From Rhizaria sp. SCN 62-66 (lineage: Eukaryota), in assembly GCA_001724265.1 (NCBI GenBank), contig MEDY01000143.1, positions 1 through 64,000 on the forward strand: a DNA stretch of 64,000 nt, given 5' to 3'. A model generated the notes under the pieces. That model had not been told where the DNA came from. It saw only the letters and a list, made by a program, of their open reading frames with translations, and made no database searches. The translations under genes and the position numbers were made by a program. How positions within the stretch are numbered: position 1 is the stretch's first letter; every line of letters starts with the position of its first letter. Of the stretch, positions 34,901 to 46,183 are shown one piece after another.

Positions 34901-37900
34901 GACCGGCGTGGGCGCTTTGTGGCAAGCGCACACTGACAGCGAGAGTGCCTGGCAAGTCATGAGCAGCACCAGGAAGCGCGCCAACGCAAACGTCGCTCTC
35001 GGCCGTCGGCGCCGGCGTCATTGCACGAGTGAAAATACTGAAAGGCTTTCTGTTACGGACAAGTTGCCCGCGGTTGTTTTGCCGTCTAGCGGCTCCCCTC
35101 TCGACCGCTCTCGCTGGGGGGCCGCCTCGGCCGCCGCGACCGCCGCCGCTTACGTCACGGGAATCCGCTTGCCCTCCGTGACGCCCGCTGCCGTCGCAGT
35201 CGCCGCCGCCGCTGTTGCGGCCGCGGTGGCGGGCGTCGCGCAGTGTGTGCGCGAGTATGAGCGTCTAAGTGGGAGGCACGCGCGCGGTGTAAGTAACCTG
35301 AAGGAGAAGCTCGGCGAGGTTCGGTTTCTGAGGACGAAAATGACGCTGGGCACAGTTGAGAGCGTGATCCTAGCAACGCTCAGCAACGACGCTGCCAGTG
35401 GTAGCTCTAATGCTGATGTCGACGGGGAAGCTCTTGTGAACCGTGCTATGGGCAATGCCGTGTCGACTGCGATTACATCTGCGGTGAGCTCTCTTGCAGC
35501 AACGAGCATTGCCAACGCAGATAACGCTGCTGCGGTCACCGCTGCAACTGTGAGCAGGCGGCTTATGACGACCGGGTCCTCGGATCCCTCTAATCAGTGC
35601 TTTAACGACTCTGATACTGACCGCGTCGATGCGCTGTTTGTCTCATTGCCAACGGCAAGTGCAACTCTTGTCGCTAGTTCCAAGACGAGCAGCAACGGAT
35701 CTGATGGTACAGAAGACAGTAGCAAGAACTGCACAGCTCTCCCTTTGTCATCGTACCTCTCTGTCGTGACTCCTCCTCGAAGCACATCTTCGCAAGTACT
35801 TACACCTGCGCAGGTACTTACATCCGCGCCGCTCCTCGCACACTCCGCCCACAGCGAGTTTCTGCTGCGGCTGACCGGGCGCTGGTACGAGCCGCCAACT
35901 GCGACCGCGACGACGACTACGACTGCCACGGCGACCTCCAGCTCCTCGGCAGCGGCCGCAGCAGGCGCGGCTGCGGGCGGCGCCAGCGGTAGTGGAGCAG
36001 CAGCAGGGTCGGCAGCGACCGCTGTGGACTCGAGCGGCAGCAGCTCCAGCTCTAATACGGCCGCAAACAGCAACAGCGGCAGCGCGGGCAACGCCGGCTC
36101 CTCGGCCGCCAGCGGCGCTGGGGCGTCGACGGCAACGACGACGACAACGGTGGTCACCTCGGCCACGGCGCCGTTGCTTGGCCCTGGCGCTTTGGCTGGC
36201 ACTGGTGTCGGCCTTGCATCGTCGATCGCTGCGTCAGGATCGACCTCGCTGCCTCCTCCGATTGGCAATCTTGGGTCTTCTTCTTCATCTTTCAACGCCG
36301 TTAGTGGCCTGATCAGTGCATCAGTTGGTGCAACTAACCCTTGCAATATCATTGCGAGTGTCCCTAAGGTTGTGCTGTGTGCGCCGTTATCGGTTGCCGC
36401 GGCCGCAGCTGCAGCAGCCTCTGCCGCCGCCACTGTTCCGTGTTTGACTGACATTGTCTCAGCAGCGCTCGCGAACAGCACCGCTGATGGCACTGTGACC
36501 AATGATGTTTCGACCGCTGCTGTAACCGCGGCAATCGAGGCGGAGACGGATGCCGTAGCCGCTTCGGTTTCTCTTGCTGGCACGGCTGCCGCGGCGGCTG
36601 GCGGCTCGGGCGTCCTTGCCCGCGTCTTGACTCGGTTACTCTGCCAAAACAACATTATCGCTCAAAGCTCTACGATTTGCGCGAGCAACAACAATGGTGT
36701 CAACGCCAGCAGCAATATTAGCCGCTCGAGTTCTAATCTCAGCGATGCTGCGTCGACTCACGACAGCAACTCTGATACTGCGAGCAGCAGTAACACGAAC
36801 GCGATCACGAACGCTGTCGTGAACGCGAAGAGTACAGCGAGTGAAGCAACTGCTGCCGCTGCTGCCGCTGCTGTTGCTGCTGCTGTTGCCTCCGCCTCAA
36901 CCCAGTCTTTGCAGGCGCTTCTCTCTGCGGACACTGTCGCAACCGCTGTCGGCAACGACTGCAGTCTGCCGCTGACGCCCTACGCGATCCCCGCCAGTAT
37001 GATTACTGCCCTCTCGTCCATCGCCGCCTTCGTCTCGCTGCCCCCGGTCCCGAGCGCCTCATTTGCTCACGGACACTCTTCGCTTCCGCAACAGCAACAC
37101 CAGCTATTGCCACAGCCGCCTCTGCTGTCCGCGCTTTGCTCACGGGCTGAGGCGCGCACAGCGACAGCGTTGCGTGCGCACGCGCGCGCCGTTGTGGTTG
37201 TCTGGCGAGAGCTCGTTACGAAGCTGACGCTATTGGCAGCAGCGGCAGCGGCGACGGAGGCTGCTGCTGGCGTCGTTGGAAAAGTTGTTGTCGCGCTCAC
37301 AACGGCTGCAGAGCCCGCCGCAACAGCAGCAGCAGCAGCAGCAGCGGCAGCGGCGGCAGCAGCGGCAGCCGCGGCTGCAGCGACGACGACTGCGGTTGTG
37401 GTGACAGCTGGCAATCCATCACTGGCGGCCGGCAACGCTGACCCCGAAGTCACTTTCATGGCGAGCTCAAGTAAACGCGCACGTCAGCTACAACCTTCAA
37501 CTCCTCTAAGCAGCTTGAGCGTCGGCGTGGGCACACACATGACAGTTATCAATCGCGGCAGCATTGGCGTTTACGGTCACTCGCATACCCTCAGCCCCGG
37601 CGCTAGCCCGCGGTCGAGCCCTCGCGTCAGCGTCACGCGCAACCGCTCCCGCAACAACACCATGGACAACAGCAACGCTGCCGGTGCTGCGGGTGCGAGC
37701 GCGAGTGCGTGTAGCGTCGGGTGGTGGTGCCCGCCGGAGGCCGCTGCCGCCGCGACGGCGACTGCAACCAGCCCGGCTGCGCACAGTCACCTCAATAGCG
37801 CGAGCGTCAGCGCGAGCGCGGGCAGCGGCGTCGGCGGCTCTCTGGTCTCGCTTCGCACGGGCTACCAGTTTGCTCTGGCGTCACTGGCGCTCGCCAGCGA

Positions 37901-40900
37901 TCGGCACCGCGGCTGCCCGATCACCGCAATGCTGAAGACGATCTACCATAGTTTCAAGTCGCAGAGCCCACCACGTAAGCTACTTACACTGCAGAAGTCG
38001 CGGCGTCAGCGCAATGGGATGTCGAAGGACCGTCAGTCCTTGGACGGTGGCATCGTGACCGTGAGCATCGGCGTCAACTCAGACACAGACTCCGATTCCG
38101 AGTCAAACTCCGAGTCTGACGCAGATTCGGACTCTGATGAGAGCGACAGCGAGTGCGGTGGCGGCAGTGGCGGCGACAGCGACAGGGACTGTGAGCAGAG
38201 TGACTGTAGCTGTGCTTGTGATTGGGGCGTTGTCGCGTGCCAAGCAGAGAGCAAGAGTCGCTTCCATCGCTGGATCCGGCATTTTAAGCAGCGCCGCGAC
38301 AGTCGGAGCGCCGACTTGAGCAGCGCTAAGAAAGACGTCGACACCAGGAGTAACGATAGTAAGTTACTCGCATCGCTTCGAATTCGTGACTGTGACGCCA
38401 ACGATACTACCAGCTGCAATCAGAACTGCAACAATAAGCGTGATAATTATAAGTGTGACAAACGGGCTTTCCGTGTTTCCTTCTGCCCGTCCGCTTTCTC
38501 CATCTACTCATCTCTCTCCGCGAACAATATCTCAAGCGCTGGCATGAGAGCTGGCGTCACGGACACGACTGCAGCAGCAGTGACTGCAGCAGTGTGGCTT
38601 TCAATCTTTCCTTCAACTAACACACGCTCGCAGCACGTGCACTCGTCGAAGTGGAGCTTGGTCAAGAGACACCTCCAGTCGTGCTCGCAGTCACAAGCAC
38701 TGCTTCAGTCGCAACAATTGCCGGCATTGCTGCCCCATGCATTTCACAACTCGTTCGCAGCGCCACACGCAACAACAAATGAGCTCACTTCTGCGAGGAG
38801 CCGAAACGATGTTGTTTTGAAGGCGCTGGCTGCTGCTCTTACTGCGACTGCTGGCGATGCTAGCGCGAGTGCGAGCGCGATTGATGCGAGAAGTCGAGTG
38901 CTGAAGATGAATATGACATGGAATGATCTCAACACACTCGCGGTCGCCGTTACGAACTCATTTCCTCATCTTAACACACATTCGGACACTAACAACGAGG
39001 GCGTTGTCAGCGTTGGCTCACAGACTGCTGCCAACGGAGTAACGTCTGCTAATGATGGATTGGTTTGCGGCTTAGATCCTGATAGCCCGCTGCTCCTTCT
39101 TGTACCTATGTCGAAGCTTGCGCAATCACTCGAGGCCAGCGACAATGCCACCGGTAGCAGCTCTGACTCGCTGCCGCTGATGCTCGCTGTCGCGGCACAT
39201 AGCCACCCCGCTCTCACCCTGCGCACCACCGCGGCGACCCTGCGCTTGCCCCTGCCTACGGTCGCGGCCGCCGCGGCCGCCGCGGTGTCGCACGGCTGGC
39301 TGCTGCCGCTGCTGGGCGGCGGCTGGGGCAAGGCGACCGCGCTGACGGCGGGGGCGAATCTACGGGGCGCCGGTGTCAGTGGGGGTGGCGCAATGTGGCT
39401 ATCTGTGTTGCGGCGCGATCGGGAGATTGCTGTGGCGAAGGCGGAAATGATGAAGACGAAGGCCAGCGCGAACAGAGCGACGTCTAACCCGGCAACGGCC
39501 ATCACGACCATGACGGCGACTAACTCCAGGTCGAACGCGACTCAACTTGGTCTCATCATCACAAGACCTGACTCGACTAATGGCTTCAGGAGTCCTAGCA
39601 AAGGACAGTCAAAATCGTCTTTGCAGTTGCACGTGTCGACTCAGATGCCGTCGCTTCTGAGCACCCCGATCTACCTCAGTGCACCGGTAGCGAACGCCTC
39701 ACAGTTCTCGCAATTGTCATCTCGCTCTGGTTCTGGCTCTGGTTCAAGTTTTCGTTCAAGCTCACGCTCACAGGCTCTTGCAAGCATGACGATGAGTAAC
39801 GCGTCTCTGATGTACCTCTCAGCCTCACGGCAATGCCGCGCAATCACCGGCGTCGCGTTCCCCAGTCCCACGCTCGCTCACGCCATCGAGTGGCTTCTGC
39901 GACCTACTGCGCTCACGGTCACCAAGACCAGGAGTAACACGCATGCAGGCGCTTGGCAGTCCGCGGGCTCACAGGCCGCAGTGACGACTCAAGATCAGCT
40001 CAGTAGTGGCTACAGCAGACGCGGCAGTCTCAGTAGAGGCAACTTGTCTGCTACCACGCAGAATAGCAGCTCTGCTAAGACCAACAACAGCGAGAGTGTG
40101 CGTCCGGAAGCGACAGCCTCTACATCGAGGAGTGCGAGTGACCGTGATTTGGAGGGCGACCTAACTTTAGGTGGGCTAGCTGCCTTAGGTGCACGCCGTC
40201 ACTCTGCAACGACCGCTGCTGCCGCCGCCGTTGCAGCCTCTCGCAGCCAGGCCAAGGCAAACATGGCTTCAAACGCTCGCGGTCACCCGACAACTCCATC
40301 TGCTGCGACAGCCCACAGTCCCTTGGACTCTGCGTTCGAGGAAGCCGCGCTGAGGCAGGCGGCCTACCTTATTGCGCACGGTTGGGCCGAGCGGCAGCAT
40401 ACTGTGCTTCTTGATATTGGCACTACGACGATGACGACGAGTGCGGGCAGCAGCAAGATCAGCAGTGTCGGCGTCGACAGTGTTGTTCACGAGATTGTTG
40501 CGACTTTAAACACTCTCACCGACTGTACCAACATCAACACGAATGCGAGCGCTGATTCAAGCGCCAATGAGAAGAGTGCCAAGAGCAAGAGCGACGGGAA
40601 CAACAGTATTAGCAGTGCAAGCCGTATTGCCAACAACAGTGACGCGCGGAAAGACGCTATCCCCAGCTCGCAAGCCAAGGCCGCCGCGAAGGCCAAGGCC
40701 AAGGCGGCCGCCACTGCGTCCGCACTGCGCGTGCTGGCAGTCCTGTTGCGCCGCGTGCTATCGCAGCCCGTGCTTGCCACAGTCATCAGCAGCAACGCAG
40801 ACAGTGGCAACGGCAGCAGCTGTAGCGGTGCAGGCGGTGTTGTTTTGCCGAGTATTAGCAGGAACATTGGTCAATATGAGTCTCTCCTGGGGCAAAACAC

Positions 40901-41168
40901 TGCTGCGTCTGTTGCAAGGCGCTTGTACCACGCGTGTCTTCTCACGATCTCAACTGCTGCGAGAGTCGCCAACGAGCAGAACAATACCAGTAAGTACACG
41001 AGTGGCGTGATTGCTGAAGCTGAGGCCCTCTGTGGGTTAGGTGTCGCTTGGACTGATGCGTCTATTGCAAAATCTCTGCTCACGGTTGCAATCACAGCGC
41101 TGCGTGCGTTGGAAGGACCCGGTGCGCTTGTTGAAGCGCGGCTTAGTTTCCCGCAGTACCCTTGGTAA
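31911..41168 (+). CDS. 3,085-aa low-complexity-rich protein, probably an expanded NPRL3/Npr3 (GATOR1/SEACIT subunit)
   Basis: The N-terminus LLGALVFVSGPSGKHLLTSYP resembles the NPRL3 longin start (ILVSSGSRGNKLLFRYP). Later MLKTIYHS, PDSPLLLL and P..TLRTTAATLRLPLPTVAAAAAAAVSHGW resemble NPRL3 blocks in the expected order. The ORF is certain; the family call is tentative. Ends in TAA. Confidence 0.55.
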   Translation: MGDHLLGALVFVSGPSGKHLLTSYPAWLPPAESLILEQDIAAARVNAKHFKRMRDAVVEAFSAEAALEAETSAPATAAAAATTAAAASQHSATDNISNSSTATAAPVTSDAQSAVAGLYYQRKRALAAAAAERSVESTLPPYLLPASTTKTETDSRATAKEISPPATTAVVAAAAAAASSVALSSRALLLPLLLPSLPPLPSWVAAPLLPPHNLPLDEITRIFSRHVKPQAPHAPFYVKPQFCNLRLLTGKNLRSSIATDMLSLPSATPIVATIGGLTFVGATAPIVTTHCSSNNNSINSNSSGSSSNNANSSPVTPGTTIATGATAPAEATAECRKHRPSHNASTGDSAEATVSAAVATALASVNNTHSNSSANSSAVIDSNSNTANNDNSSVTSGASSLNNNAGNSSTSSSISTSSSSSSSSSSASSSSSSSGSSSSPSATDDAHTSQYTQITVVFILRPPNAPPSITGGNTTTSAAAAAAAAAAAAAAAAATTGSSSSSSSSSSGGGGNAGAVAAGGIGGGSALAVLSCSSAQYATSSDILTLSTASTTAGAAGAGAGVTAAGVAAAPAAGAVKAVTHSFALAPVHSGDTCVDSNISGGLADSVSAAATAAAVRAASASGATQQQSQQIHATTAAAATAGTSTSSVSAAHSENNTTQINARVSVSQSTCSNAAATAAVAAALNAAASVSASASPLASPTPTANETNDSAASATSSSTSAAAAAAAAAVASTTATAAAAAIPTAASATAAAAAGRGLVSTAGAAAPVPRSVISVFSVLAVKCAEAVAHAESVYKAKEQQKQKDIASVITAAVTKSAVNTLDKITKSNSDKETRTDSNNRGVDCRISACESNVSTWVVPPPLSSPELTVLAAAAQAVSKLSRTPAPLPIPMHPRLLAQTTTDAIVSATNTLNSALRNDDESNPSAKSSSNAIVGGVFIGCGGSSSQTEWQQQLTVRLVSLTCKTSSSSARESSAFATDASAGAGAAVSSAATAAAATGVGALWQAHTDSESAWQVMSSTRKRANANVALGRRRRRHCTSENTERLSVTDKLPAVVLPSSGSPLDRSRWGAASAAATAAAYVTGIRLPSVTPAAVAVAAAAVAAAVAGVAQCVREYERLSGRHARGVSNLKEKLGEVRFLRTKMTLGTVESVILATLSNDAASGSSNADVDGEALVNRAMGNAVSTAITSAVSSLAATSIANADNAAAVTAATVSRRLMTTGSSDPSNQCFNDSDTDRVDALFVSLPTASATLVASSKTSSNGSDGTEDSSKNCTALPLSSYLSVVTPPRSTSSQVLTPAQVLTSAPLLAHSAHSEFLLRLTGRWYEPPTATATTTTTATATSSSSAAAAAGAAAGGASGSGAAAGSAATAVDSSGSSSSSNTAANSNSGSAGNAGSSAASGAGASTATTTTTVVTSATAPLLGPGALAGTGVGLASSIAASGSTSLPPPIGNLGSSSSSFNAVSGLISASVGATNPCNIIASVPKVVLCAPLSVAAAAAAAASAAATVPCLTDIVSAALANSTADGTVTNDVSTAAVTAAIEAETDAVAASVSLAGTAAAAAGGSGVLARVLTRLLCQNNIIAQSSTICASNNNGVNASSNISRSSSNLSDAASTHDSNSDTASSSNTNAITNAVVNAKSTASEATAAAAAAAVAAAVASASTQSLQALLSADTVATAVGNDCSLPLTPYAIPASMITALSSIAAFVSLPPVPSASFAHGHSSLPQQQHQLLPQPPLLSALCSRAEARTATALRAHARAVVVVWRELVTKLTLLAAAAAATEAAAGVVGKVVVALTTAAEPAATAAAAAAAAAAAAAAAAAAATTTAVVVTAGNPSLAAGNADPEVTFMASSSKRARQLQPSTPLSSLSVGVGTHMTVINRGSIGVYGHSHTLSPGASPRSSPRVSVTRNRSRNNTMDNSNAAGAAGASASACSVGWWCPPEAAAAATATATSPAAHSHLNSASVSASAGSGVGGSLVSLRTGYQFALASLALASDRHRGCPITAMLKTIYHSFKSQSPPRKLLTLQKSRRQRNGMSKDRQSLDGGIVTVSIGVNSDTDSDSESNSESDADSDSDESDSECGGGSGGDSDRDCEQSDCSCACDWGVVACQAESKSRFHRWIRHFKQRRDSRSADLSSAKKDVDTRSNDSKLLASLRIRDCDANDTTSCNQNCNNKRDNYKCDKRAFRVSFCPSAFSIYSSLSANNISSAGMRAGVTDTTAAAVTAAVWLSIFPSTNTRSQHVHSSKWSLVKRHLQSCSQSQALLQSQQLPALLPHAFHNSFAAPHATTNELTSARSRNDVVLKALAAALTATAGDASASASAIDARSRVLKMNMTWNDLNTLAVAVTNSFPHLNTHSDTNNEGVVSVGSQTAANGVTSANDGLVCGLDPDSPLLLLVPMSKLAQSLEASDNATGSSSDSLPLMLAVAAHSHPALTLRTTAATLRLPLPTVAAAAAAAVSHGWLLPLLGGGWGKATALTAGANLRGAGVSGGGAMWLSVLRRDREIAVAKAEMMKTKASANRATSNPATAITTMTATNSRSNATQLGLIITRPDSTNGFRSPSKGQSKSSLQLHVSTQMPSLLSTPIYLSAPVANASQFSQLSSRSGSGSGSSFRSSSRSQALASMTMSNASLMYLSASRQCRAITGVAFPSPTLAHAIEWLLRPTALTVTKTRSNTHAGAWQSAGSQAAVTTQDQLSSGYSRRGSLSRGNLSATTQNSSSAKTNNSESVRPEATASTSRSASDRDLEGDLTLGGLAALGARRHSATTAAAAAVAASRSQAKANMASNARGHPTTPSAATAHSPLDSAFEEAALRQAAYLIAHGWAERQHTVLLDIGTTTMTTSAGSSKISSVGVDSVVHEIVATLNTLTDCTNINTNASADSSANEKSAKSKSDGNNSISSASRIANNSDARKDAIPSSQAKAAAKAKAKAAATASALRVLAVLLRRVLSQPVLATVISSNADSGNGSSCSGAGGVVLPSISRNIGQYESLLGQNTAASVARRLYHACLLTISTAARVANEQNNTSKYTSGVIAEAEALCGLGVAWTDASIAKSLLTVAITALRALEGPGALVEARLSFPQYPW

Positions 41169-42166
41169 ACAAACACACATCGACAGGTGGACTGTATGAA
41201 ACACTTGTTTTCGGCTTCAGACATCATACTTATGATATAATAAGATTATATTACATAGAATATTTAAAATTATATAGTATACGTGAGCCTTATCGCGTTG
41301 CAATACATATTTATGCATGATTATGTCAAATTGAGGCGTTATTATGCTGTTTGATCATGAGTAACCAGTAAAAGTACAGGTCTTGATAGAAGGTCATACA
41401 GTGTGATACGATTAAATTATGCAATTTTTAGCTGTTTGATGTAGTGAGTTCTATCAGCAATATACATTTTATCTCGCACAACTCGATATCTATCAAGCAT
41501 TCGAGGTTTCTTGAGTTGTTCGGTGTTGATTCGGACCGAAAAATGGGAACTCTGTGCCGAAATTCAAGGCGTTGCTATCCACAACGAACACTTATGAATG
41601 AAATAACCAATTATATAGTGTAAATCAAACATTATATATACAATATACATTATTAGTCCAAATTGAAGATTGTATGTGCGAGATATCGCATTAATCAAAG
41701 ATATCACCCCCGTGGACCGAAAAAGTCGGGATGGCAGTGACTGTGAGCGAGTGAGAGTCCGACTGGCTGGGGAGCGGCCGCAGTGCGTGTCCCCGTCCGC
41801 GTCATTCCACGAGCAAAAGGAGTAGAGTGACACAATATCAATGCTTGAGACTGTTTTTGTGGTGGATAGAGTATTTACGTAGTCGTGTATTTAGATTAAT
41901 TGTGTGTTGTCTCTGCTGATTGCTTTACAGTGTGCAGTGAAGGTTGCAAAACAGTGGTGAGGGCTGCGGAGAATCATATCGCCGACCTTATCTCGCCATC
42001 ACGATTCTCTCCTCGCTCGCACTTCCCAAATGAGATTTACTTCAAAATTATACTACCAACGCACACTCTCTATCAAAATATTATGCTTTCACCTTCTCAC
42101 AACTTATTTTATGTCCTCTATTCCCTCTATTCCGTTCTGCCTAAAACAGACCCCTCGTGAGTCGCG

Positions 42167-43498
42167 ATGCTTAAGAAGGCTCTCGCTCGCTCGGCGCGCG
42201 CCACCACCGGCCTGCTGGGTTCCGCCGCCACTTCCCTTCCCTTCCGCCGCATGCAGTCGACCTGTGTGACGGGCACCGTAGCAAAGTTCCCCGGTGCTGT
42301 CGCGGCCTACACGGACGACCTGGCCCTGACCATGCCGACCCCTGGCATCCCCATCTATCGCGTCACCGACAACGACGGCGCTGTGATCAAGCCCAACTAC
42401 ACCATCAAGCACTCGAACGACGAGCTCGTCAAGATGTACAAGACCATGGTGCGTCTCAACAATCTCGACAAGGTTTTCTACGACGCCCAGCGCCAGGGCC
42501 GTATTTCGTTCTACATGACTTCGTTCGGCGAGGAGGCCACGCACATCGGCTGCGCGTCCGCTCTGTCCATGGACGACGTCATTCTCGCGCAGTACCGCGA
42601 GACGGGTGTGCTCATGTGGCGCGGCTTCACGCTCCCCAACTTTGCGCACCAGTGCTTCGGCACGCACTACGACCTCGGCAAGGGCCGCCAGATGCCCGTC
42701 CACTACGGCTCGCGCGCCCTCAACTTCCACACCATCTCCTCCCCGCTCGCCACGCAGCTGCCTCAGGCCACCGGCGTCGCCTACGCGCTCAAGCGTGCCA
42801 ACAAGAAGGCCGTTTCGGTCTGCTTCTTCGGCGAGGGCGCTGCGTCTGAGGGCGACTTCCACCCCGCTCTCAACTTCGCGTCGACGCTCGATTGCCCCGT
42901 CATCTTCTTCTGCCGCAACAACGGCTACGCAATCTCGACCCCGTCCTCGGATCAATACCGTGGCGACGGCATCGCCGGCCGTGCCGCGGGCTACGACATC
43001 CGCGCCATCCGCGTCGACGGCAACGACTTGCTCGCCGTGCATGACGCGACTAAGTACGCGCGCGACTACGCGCTCGCCAACAACCGTCCCGTGTTCGTCG
43101 AGGCGATGAGCTACCGCGCCGGCCACCACTCGACCAGCGACGACGCCACGCGCTACCGCTCGGCCGAGGAGATTGCGTACTGGCAGACGCAGAACAACCC
43201 GCTCATCCGCACGCGCAAGCTGCTCGAGAGCAAGGGCCTCTGGGATGAGGTCCGCGAGGCGGAGGAGCACAACAACGCCCGCAAGGACGTGCTCGCCGCG
43301 CTCGCCGACGCTGAGAACACCAAGAAGCCCGCGCTGTCGCAGCTCTTCGAGGACGTGTACGCCGAGATGCCCCACCACCTGCAGGACCAAAAGGCTGAGT
43401 GGGAGGCGCACATCGCCAAGTACGGCCAGAACTACGCGCTGGGCGACTTCCAGCCCGAGGACCAGTACGCCAACCCCGGCAAGCTCGTCCAGGAGTAA
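42167..43498 (+). CDS. BCKDHA: Mitochondrial branched-chain 2-oxo acid dehydrogenase E1 alpha subunit (443 aa, intronless)
   Basis: AQRQGRISFYMT.FGEEA, QYRETG, GKGRQMPVHYGS, ISSPLATQLPQA.G, TPP-binding GEGAASEGDFH...CRNNGYAIST and phospho-loop YRAGHHSTSDD. Arg/Ser/Ala-rich presequence. Ends in TAA. Confidence 0.97.
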   Translation: MLKKALARSARATTGLLGSAATSLPFRRMQSTCVTGTVAKFPGAVAAYTDDLALTMPTPGIPIYRVTDNDGAVIKPNYTIKHSNDELVKMYKTMVRLNNLDKVFYDAQRQGRISFYMTSFGEEATHIGCASALSMDDVILAQYRETGVLMWRGFTLPNFAHQCFGTHYDLGKGRQMPVHYGSRALNFHTISSPLATQLPQATGVAYALKRANKKAVSVCFFGEGAASEGDFHPALNFASTLDCPVIFFCRNNGYAISTPSSDQYRGDGIAGRAAGYDIRAIRVDGNDLLAVHDATKYARDYALANNRPVFVEAMSYRAGHHSTSDDATRYRSAEEIAYWQTQNNPLIRTRKLLESKGLWDEVREAEEHNNARKDVLAALADAENTKKPALSQLFEDVYAEMPHHLQDQKAEWEAHIAKYGQNYALGDFQPEDQYANPGKLVQE

Positions 43499-44397
43499 GC
43501 GACGCGCCGCTCGCTGCTCTCTGCGCACAATATGCGAGCACGCAGCTTAGTCAGCGCTGCTGTTTTTGAGCTTTGGAGTTCGCGGAGTATGAAAGACGAA
43601 GAAAACATATTTTGTTTTCTTTTTTTATCTAGACCTCAAAGTCTTTCACACCATTGCCTCTTTTATGTAAAGCCGTAAACACTGCGCGTGACTCTCGACC
43701 TGCTGTTGTGTTTGCGTCTTGCTCGTGATCGTGGCCATTCTCTATCTATTTCTGCATCTGCTTTCGCGTGAATGGTGCATGCACTCGCGCTCGCCACTCA
43801 ATCAAAACACATTGACCTACATTGGTACGTTCATTTTATCACATCGTATTCATGTTTAGTATACGCTTCATGTTGTATTAAGTGAGTTTATCGGGTGGCG
43901 AAGATGATAATTGGCTAGTTGCCACCGGCGCGACAGGGGCCCAAAACCCTTGGCTGAGTGATCCAAATGTATTCGTACTGGCTGAGTTACCCTTTAATTA
44001 TTTCTTATTTACAATTTCAACATTTAAGCAATGTATGTGCTCTTCGATCATGAATAACTTCATCATCCTTGTCTCTTGTTCTCTCCTTTTTACGTGTAGA
44101 AAGCAATAATCGCACGATGTTGCGCTTCGTGTTGGCCTTGTTTTTTGTTTGACATTCATTCACTCCCAGTCTTTCTTTACTTACGTTAGTTCTATCAAAT
44201 ATATGTTTATTCTTTCTTGTTTAGTTTTTCTTTCTCAGCTTTCTATCTATAAATAGTATTCTATCTAATACCAATACAACAACAAGCTTTCAACAAACAT
44301 ACTCACGACCATCATCACTGTTACTGAAACTGTGACTCACATCACTGCAATGCCACTCTTGTCACTGCGCTTTGACGAGTGAACTGAAGCACGTAGC

Positions 44398-46183
44398 TCA
44401 CGCCCACTCGTCCCAGTCCGCCCGCTTGCCGTCGTTCTCAGTTCCCTTGGCCCCCGCGTTGGCGCCGGCCCGCACGGTGCGCTCGCCCTTGCTCGTCGGC
44501 GGCTTGAAGAACCGCTTGCCAGGGCCGCCGCCGGTGGAGGCGAATTTGCGCCATGAGGCGACGCGGTCGTCGCGGCCGTCCTCCCACTGCTGCGCGCGCT
44601 GCTTCTCACTCTCAGCTGCAGCGATCCTGAACGAGAGCAAACGAGACGAGGAGATGAAGGAAACAAAGGATCATATGAGCATCATGGTGGTCATAAACAC
44701 ACAGTGGGAGATAATGACGTACATATGCGAGATTTAGATTGGGAATATATTTTTAGACGACTAAAGAACAGATACATTGAATAGTCAAGTTGGGTATCAA
44801 ATATTTATCGGAAAGTGGAGATATATCCTGTTTTGCGACGACTTGCGACACGTACCTCGCGGTCCTCTCGGCGGCGGCCTCGGCCTCCGCCCGGCCCGCC
44901 TCGCGCTCAGAGTGCGCGCGCCGCTGCTCGTCGTCCCACAGCAGCTCGCGCAGCGCGGCGCGCACGGCGGCGTCGAACGCACCCGGCTGGTGCTGAGCCC
45001 AGACGGGGAATGCGGGCGTGGTGCCGTTAGCGACGCGCTCGCTGAATGCGAACAACCACGAGGAAGCATCAGTATAAAAAAGCATATAGTGTGAGTCAAT
45101 TAGAACAAAGCCTTGATGGCGTAATGATAATGAATAGAATAATACATCACTTAACAGAGAATTTCATTGATATGCGTTTATATGATTGACACAAGGCTCA
45201 TTTGTTGATCGTAAAGGCAAGACGTACCTGATAACGCTCTCGACAACGCTGGCGGCCGCGAGAACTGCCTCGGTCATCGTGGCCGCAGTCGTAGTGGCCG
45301 GCAGGGGCGGGATAACAATGTTGCGGCGCGCGCACTCGGCGCGGTTGTTCTGGGCAATGACGAGCGCGCGCGCGGTGGTGATGAAGCCGGCGAGCTTCGC
45401 CCTGTAAACGTACGACGAATCCGAGAAAAACGAGGAGGGAAAATAAAAAGGACGATTCAAGACATATATGTTAGCTTCAAGAATTACAACTCAACTATAG
45501 TATAATTAATATGCACATTCATTCAAATAATGGAGGAACTGTGACTGATGCAAGATATGGAGTGGAATTAGCGCGTACCTAATGTCGTCATCGAGAAGGT
45601 CGTTCTTGGCCTTCGTAATGAGCGAAAATGCCTGCTGCGCGCGCGGCACCATATTCCCAGCGAACCTGTCGGGGTGCACGCTAAGCGAGAGCAGGCGGTG
45701 CTGCTTGCGCACGTCGGCGAGCGTGGACGCGGGCGAGAGGTCGAGCACGTCGTAGGGGTTGAATGCGTGGCAGGCGAGGATGCGGTCGAGCTGCTGCCGA
45801 CGCTGCTGCTGCGTCCGCTCGGCCGACGCCGCCGCCGACTCGGCGTCAAAGCCGGCAACCGGGGTCGCGGCGGAGACGGGGGAGCTACTGCTTGCCGCGT
45901 CCGCAGAGACAGGCGACGCAGTGGAGCCGTCTGGGCTGCTCTCAGCGCCAGCGCCTTGAGCGTTTGCGTCGTTGCGGCTGGCGGTGGAGCTCAACGGAGC
46001 ACTGCTCGGCGCAGCGGACTCATTTGCGGCAGAATCTGCAAAAGCGCCCGCACCTAAAGATGAGGCCGGAGCAGACAGAACAGCTTGATGGGTGACAGAA
46101 GAGGCAGTGGCGCCAAGAGCAGAGGCAGAAGAGTCTGCTGCGACTGCTGCTGGGGCGGTTGCTGGAGTCGTTGTCGTGGACAT
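44398..46183 (-). CDS. DNAJC8: J-domain protein DNAJC8/Spf31-like; exons 46183-45579, 45401-45228, 45041-44856, 44626-44398
   Basis: FNPYDVLDL...VRKQHRLLSLSVHPDR...AQQAF..I.KA...L (J domain with HPD) plus the C-terminal WEDGRDDRVASWRKF typical of DNAJC8. Three GTACG...CAG introns keep the frame. Ends in TGA. Confidence 0.85.

Noticed and set aside
42104-43528. 474-aa antisense ORF over BCKDHA and many similar shadow ORFs across the window
   Set aside because: They are an expected by-product of strong GC3 bias and triplet repeats on the coding strand.
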